Part shown: in pieces, positions 60,214 to 64,000 of the stretch | How the letters are laid out: each line of letters starts with the position of its first letter | Numbering within the stretch: position 1 is the first letter of the stretch | From: a candidate division WOR-3 bacterium | GTDB lineage: Bacteria > Hydrothermota > Tepidihabitantia > SM23-42 | NCBI GenBank assembly: GCA_011052815.1 | Contig: DRIG01000023.1 | Coordinates: 466 to 64,465, forward strand | Reading direction: 5' to 3' | Length of the DNA: 64,000 bases | The notes under the pieces: model-generated | What the model was told of the DNA's origin: nothing | Seen by the model: only the letters and a program-made list of their open reading frames with translations | Databases searched by the model: none | Position numbers and translations under genes: made by a program

Positions 60214-62372
60214 AAAAAACAGATAAGTCAATCCGGATAATTCCAGAACAATTGACAACCTTTGCCCCTTTTATTATCCTTACAGATAAGAAACTCATCA
60301 TCAAATGGGCGAGTAAAGCCGTCATCAAAAGAGACAAAAAAATTATCGGCAGAAAAATATCGGATGTCCTGACTTCAAAAACACCCATAAAAAAGATAAC
60401 CGTGAGCGGACTAAAAAAGCACCAGGGAAAACGTTTTAATTTCATCCTGTTGAATAAAAAAGCACCGGTGAATCTCATCGGCTACTGGCTTGAAACAGAA
60501 AAAGGTTTTTTACTCATGGCAACGCCAGATGTAAAAACCACCGAAGAACTTTCCACCCTCTCGTTTGAAGATTTTCCCGAGAATGACCGCACCATTGACT
60601 TCCTCGTCGCCCAGGATGAAATAAAATATTCGTTGAATGAAGCGACACGCACCTCGAACATCCTCAAAGAACAGAATCAGGCTCTGGAAAAGTCTAAGAA
60701 AGAACTTGAATCATTGAATGCTGATTTAAAAAAGGAGATAGCCGAACGTAAACGTATTGAGGCTGAACTGGTTGAAGCCCGTAAAGTGGCACTTCAGGCG
60801 TCTCGTACAAAATCAGAATTTCTCGCGAGCATGAGCCATGAAATACGAACGCCGATGAATGCGATCATCGGAATGGCGGACCTGTTGTGGGAGACCGACT
60901 TGACCCCCGAACAACAGCAGTACGTGAAGATATTCCGCAATGCCGGAGAGAATCTTCTCAATATAATCAATGATATTCTTGACATTTCCAAAGTCGAAGC
61001 CGGCCAGATCGAACTCGAAAATATCGACTTTAATCTGAACGACCTAATTGAAAAGACGTGTGAAATAATGGCGCTTCGCGCCCATACAAAAAATCTCGAG
61101 CTCACCTGCTATTTGAAGTCCGATGTTCCTACTGAACTGGTCGGAGATCCCATCCGGCTGCGTCAGATCATCGTGAATCTCGTGGGTAATGCGATAAAAT
61201 TCACCGAAGAAGGTGAAGTCGTCATCAGGATTGAAAAACTTAAAGAAAAGAAAGACGGAGAAAAAAATTCTGTAACCATCCTCTTTTCGGTATCAGACAC
61301 CGGCATCGGGATACCTGAAGATAAATTAAACACGATCTTCGACACCTTCACACAGGCTGATGCATCCACGACCAGAAAATACGGCGGTACCGGTTTAGGA
61401 CTCGCCATCTCCAAAAAACTGGTTGAACTGATGAACGGCAAAATTTGGGTCGAAAGTGAAGTAGGAAAAGGAAGTACCTTTCGGTTCACCGCAAAATTCG
61501 GGATTGCAAAAAAGATAGAAGAAGAAAAAACAACACCCCTTATCAATCTCAATGGTGTCAGCATTCTCGTCGTCGACGACAACGCCACCAATCGGCTAAT
61601 CCTGAGGGAACTCCTCAACGGCTGGGGTGCCGAGGTGACCGAGGCGGAAAACGGCGCACGAGCCGTCGCCTTAGTGAAAAAAGCATCAAGAACAGACAAT
61701 TTCTACGACCTCATCCTGCTGGACTGCCGAATGCCCGGCATGGGAGGATTCGAAGTTGTTGAAAAGATCAATGAGATCCTTGGAGAAACAAAAACGACCA
61801 TTATGATGCTCACCTCAGACCGACGCAAAGGAGATATCGCGAAATGCCGTGAATTGAATATCGCAACCTATCTGGTGAAGCCGATAAAAAAATCAGAATT
61901 ACAGAATGCAATCAAGGTGGCACTGGGTAAAGCCAAAGTTAAAGCGAAAAAAGACAAAAAGAAAAAAAAGGACCATCGAAAAAGCACCTCTGCTCCCAAT
62001 ATCCTGCTTGTTGAAGATTCAGAAGACAACCGCTTTTTGATTCAGGCGTACTTGAAAAAAATCGTCTGCCGCATCGATATAGCGGAAAACGGAGCAATCG
62101 GTGTTGAAAAGTTCAAAAAGAACAAATATGATATCATTCTTATGGATATGCAGATGCCGGTGATGGACGGTTATACGGCGACAAGAGAAATCCGTAAATT
62201 GGAAAAAGAAAAGGGATTGAAACACACACCCATTATCGCCCTCACCGCTCACGCGTTGAAAGAAGAGATACAAAAGAGCCTTGATGCAGGATGCGACATT
62301 CATCTGTCAAAGCCTATTAAAAAAGTTAAACTCCTGGAAATAATTAAAAAATATACAGGAGAAAATTTATGA
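60210..62372 (+). CDS. Hybrid histidine kinase: HNOBA-like - HisKA - HATPase - REC - REC
   Basis: SHEIRTPMN, NLVGNAIKF, DTGIG, GGTGLGL; two receivers LDCRMP and MDMQMP. Confidence 0.95.
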   Translation: MKKTDKSIRIIPEQLTTFAPFIILTDKKLIIKWASKAVIKRDKKIIGRKISDVLTSKTPIKKITVSGLKKHQGKRFNFILLNKKAPVNLIGYWLETEKGFLLMATPDVKTTEELSTLSFEDFPENDRTIDFLVAQDEIKYSLNEATRTSNILKEQNQALEKSKKELESLNADLKKEIAERKRIEAELVEARKVALQASRTKSEFLASMSHEIRTPMNAIIGMADLLWETDLTPEQQQYVKIFRNAGENLLNIINDILDISKVEAGQIELENIDFNLNDLIEKTCEIMALRAHTKNLELTCYLKSDVPTELVGDPIRLRQIIVNLVGNAIKFTEEGEVVIRIEKLKEKKDGEKNSVTILFSVSDTGIGIPEDKLNTIFDTFTQADASTTRKYGGTGLGLAISKKLVELMNGKIWVESEVGKGSTFRFTAKFGIAKKIEEEKTTPLINLNGVSILVVDDNATNRLILRELLNGWGAEVTEAENGARAVALVKKASRTDNFYDLILLDCRMPGMGGFEVVEKINEILGETKTTIMMLTSDRRKGDIAKCRELNIATYLVKPIKKSELQNAIKVALGKAKVKAKKDKKKKKDHRKSTSAPNILLVEDSEDNRFLIQAYLKKIVCRIDIAENGAIGVEKFKKNKYDIILMDMQMPVMDGYTATREIRKLEKEKGLKHTPIIALTAHALKEEIQKSLDAGCDIHLSKPIKKVKLLEIIKKYTGENL

Positions 62373-62695
62373 CAGGGAATCAAGAAAATTCAAATAAAAA
62401 ACACGTCGAAGTTCATATCGACGAAGAACTCAAAGAATTGATTCCGGGTTATCTTAAAAACCGCCATAAAGACATCGAGTCTATCACAGAAGCGTTGAAA
62501 AATGATGATTTCTCCATAATCCAGACACTCGGCCACAGCATGAAGGGTTCTGGCGGTGGTTATGGTTTTAATCTGATATCTGAAATCGGTAAGAAGCTGG
62601 AACAGGCAGCTAAGGATAAATCCCGTGAAACAATCACGGCATGCCTAACCGAATTGAAAGATTATCTCGATCATTTAGAGATCGTGTATGAATAA
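62369..62695 (+). CDS. Hpt phosphotransfer protein
   Basis: LGHSMKGSGGGYG. Confidence 0.93.
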   Translation: MTGNQENSNKKHVEVHIDEELKELIPGYLKNRHKDIESITEALKNDDFSIIQTLGHSMKGSGGGYGFNLISEIGKKLEQAAKDKSRETITACLTELKDYLDHLEIVYE

Positions 62696-64000
62696 AGAAG
62701 AACAACCATTGATTCTGGTGGTCGATGACGACCGTGACCTTCTCGCGTTGTTCGAACGCCTGCTGACCAAGCACAACTATCGGGTTATCACCGCAGACAG
62801 CGGTATTAAGGCATGGGAAGTACTGTCAGAAACAAAACCGGATATCATTCTTCTTGATGTCATGATGCCGGGAATGAACGGTTATCGGTTCTGTGCCAGG
62901 CTCCAAGCCGACAGCGAAACCGCTTTCATCCCGGTGATCTTCGTCACCGGTCTTAAAGAAGAGCACAACAAAGCAAAAGCATTTTCAGTTGGTGCAGTGG
63001 ATTATTTAGTGAAACCGATTGATAAAAAAATTCTTATCGAAAAGATCGAAAAACACCTGAAAACACAACGACAGTGGCAGAGTTTACGCAAGGTCTCTTT
63101 TCGTACCGGTACTCGGCTGGCATCATTCAACTTCACCCGATTCAAAGAATTTTTAAAAAAACAACTGAATTTATCCGTCAAAGAAGAATATAAACTTGCG
63201 ATGATAACCCATACGGAAATTTATTCCGCTGCTGCGGAACTCGGTGTAACGAATGAAAAGATCGCCCGCTACATCGCAGCTTTCCTTGACCTGCCGTATC
63301 TTGACTATATCGATCCGTCAACCGTGGAACTCGGTGTTCTACCGGTGCCGTTCTGTCGGACGAATCATGTTTTGGCAGTAAAAAGCAACAGCCGTAACCG
63401 TGTTTTCGTTCTGAGCAATCCCTTTGACCTTGAGCTGCTGGATATCATAGAAAAGTTAAAAAAACCTGAAGATAAACCACTCAAACTTGTCATAACCAAA
63501 CCGGAAAATATCGAAGCATTCCTCAAAAGCGGAACAGGCGACACCAGCACCGTAGACAAGGAACTTTCATTTAAGAAGGATCAGGATAAACTCACGCGAC
63601 TTCCTGAAGTCAAAGAAACCGCTTCTGCCCGGGAAGAGGATATGGATGAATTCCCGATCCTCTCCATTGCAAACAACATTCTTCAGACAGCCGTGGCCCA
63701 ACGGGCGAGTGATATCCACATTGAACCAAAAAAAGATAAAACGGTCGTCCGTTTCCGTATTGACGGAGATATGCACGACCTTTTCACTTTGAAAAAAAAG
63801 ACCGGTGTGATGTTGATCAATCGGTTCAAGGTAATCGCTGATATGGACATAGCGGAGAAACACAAACCCCAGGATGGCTCAGTGGAAGCAGTGATAAGTG
63901 ATCGAAATTTCAAATTACGACTGGCGACGACTTCCACCCCTGATGGAGAGAGCCTCATCATCAGACTTCTGGAGCCGAATGTAAAACCGAAAAAGTTGAC
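62688..64000 (+). CDS. Receiver domain fused to a GspE/PilB-family ATPase (partial, runs off the window; absent from the ORF track)
   Basis: Manual translation from ATG 62688, no stop: ILVVDDD...LLDVMMP...FVTG...YLVKP, then LPYLD..., SNPFD, RASDIHIEP, VRFRIDG, MDIAEKHKPQDG, RLATTSTPDGESLIIRLL. Confidence 0.9.
   Translation, partial: MNKEEQPLILVVDDDRDLLALFERLLTKHNYRVITADSGIKAWEVLSETKPDIILLDVMMPGMNGYRFCARLQADSETAFIPVIFVTGLKEEHNKAKAFSVGAVDYLVKPIDKKILIEKIEKHLKTQRQWQSLRKVSFRTGTRLASFNFTRFKEFLKKQLNLSVKEEYKLAMITHTEIYSAAAELGVTNEKIARYIAAFLDLPYLDYIDPSTVELGVLPVPFCRTNHVLAVKSNSRNRVFVLSNPFDLELLDIIEKLKKPEDKPLKLVITKPENIEAFLKSGTGDTSTVDKELSFKKDQDKLTRLPEVKETASAREEDMDEFPILSIANNILQTAVAQRASDIHIEPKKDKTVVRFRIDGDMHDLFTLKKKTGVMLINRFKVIADMDIAEKHKPQDGSVEAVISDRNFKLRLATTSTPDGESLIIRLLEPNVKPKKL

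Noticed and set aside
955-63961. Numerous antisense or alternate-frame ORFs in the track (e.g. 9332-9901, 39791-40351, 61163-61699)
   Set aside because: They overlap well-supported genes and show no family motifs

Overview
64 kb of a diderm bacterial chromosome. BamD, LolA-like and beta-barrel proteins plus T9SS/FlgD-like C-terminal domains suggest, by inference only, an FCB-related candidate lineage such as WOR-3. Most of the window is housekeeping: nadD, polA, rplM-rpsI-rpsB-tsf-pyrH-frr, degP plus a sigma70, hslV, secDF, pdxJ/pdxA, grpE-dnaK-dnaJ-rsmE, ribBA-ribH-nusB, lysC, tadA, malic enzyme and three tRNAs (fMet, Ser-CGA, Arg-ACG). The main observations follow. (1) At the right end is an H-NOX / HNOBA-type hybrid kinase / Hpt operon whose last visible gene, missed by the ORF track, fuses a receiver domain to a GspE/PilB ATPase; this is a candidate NO-controlled pilus or secretion motor. 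(2) About 20 sigma70-type promoters read by eye have a 16-bp rather than 17-bp spacer, and nine look leaderless. (3) A 235-bp MITE with 21-bp TIRs and a 9-bp target duplication carries REP-like hairpins. (4) A Y1/RAYT transposase is bounded by imperfect inverted repeats. (5) Two leaders contain unexplained tandem motifs: 36 nt before a sugar transferase and 76 nt before tRNA-Arg. (6) A cyclase-STAND-TPR protein is coupled to a secreted PDZ protein. (7) A TetR-controlled MMPL/LolA-like/OMP module has clear operators. All coordinates and identities were read manually; no database searches were run.
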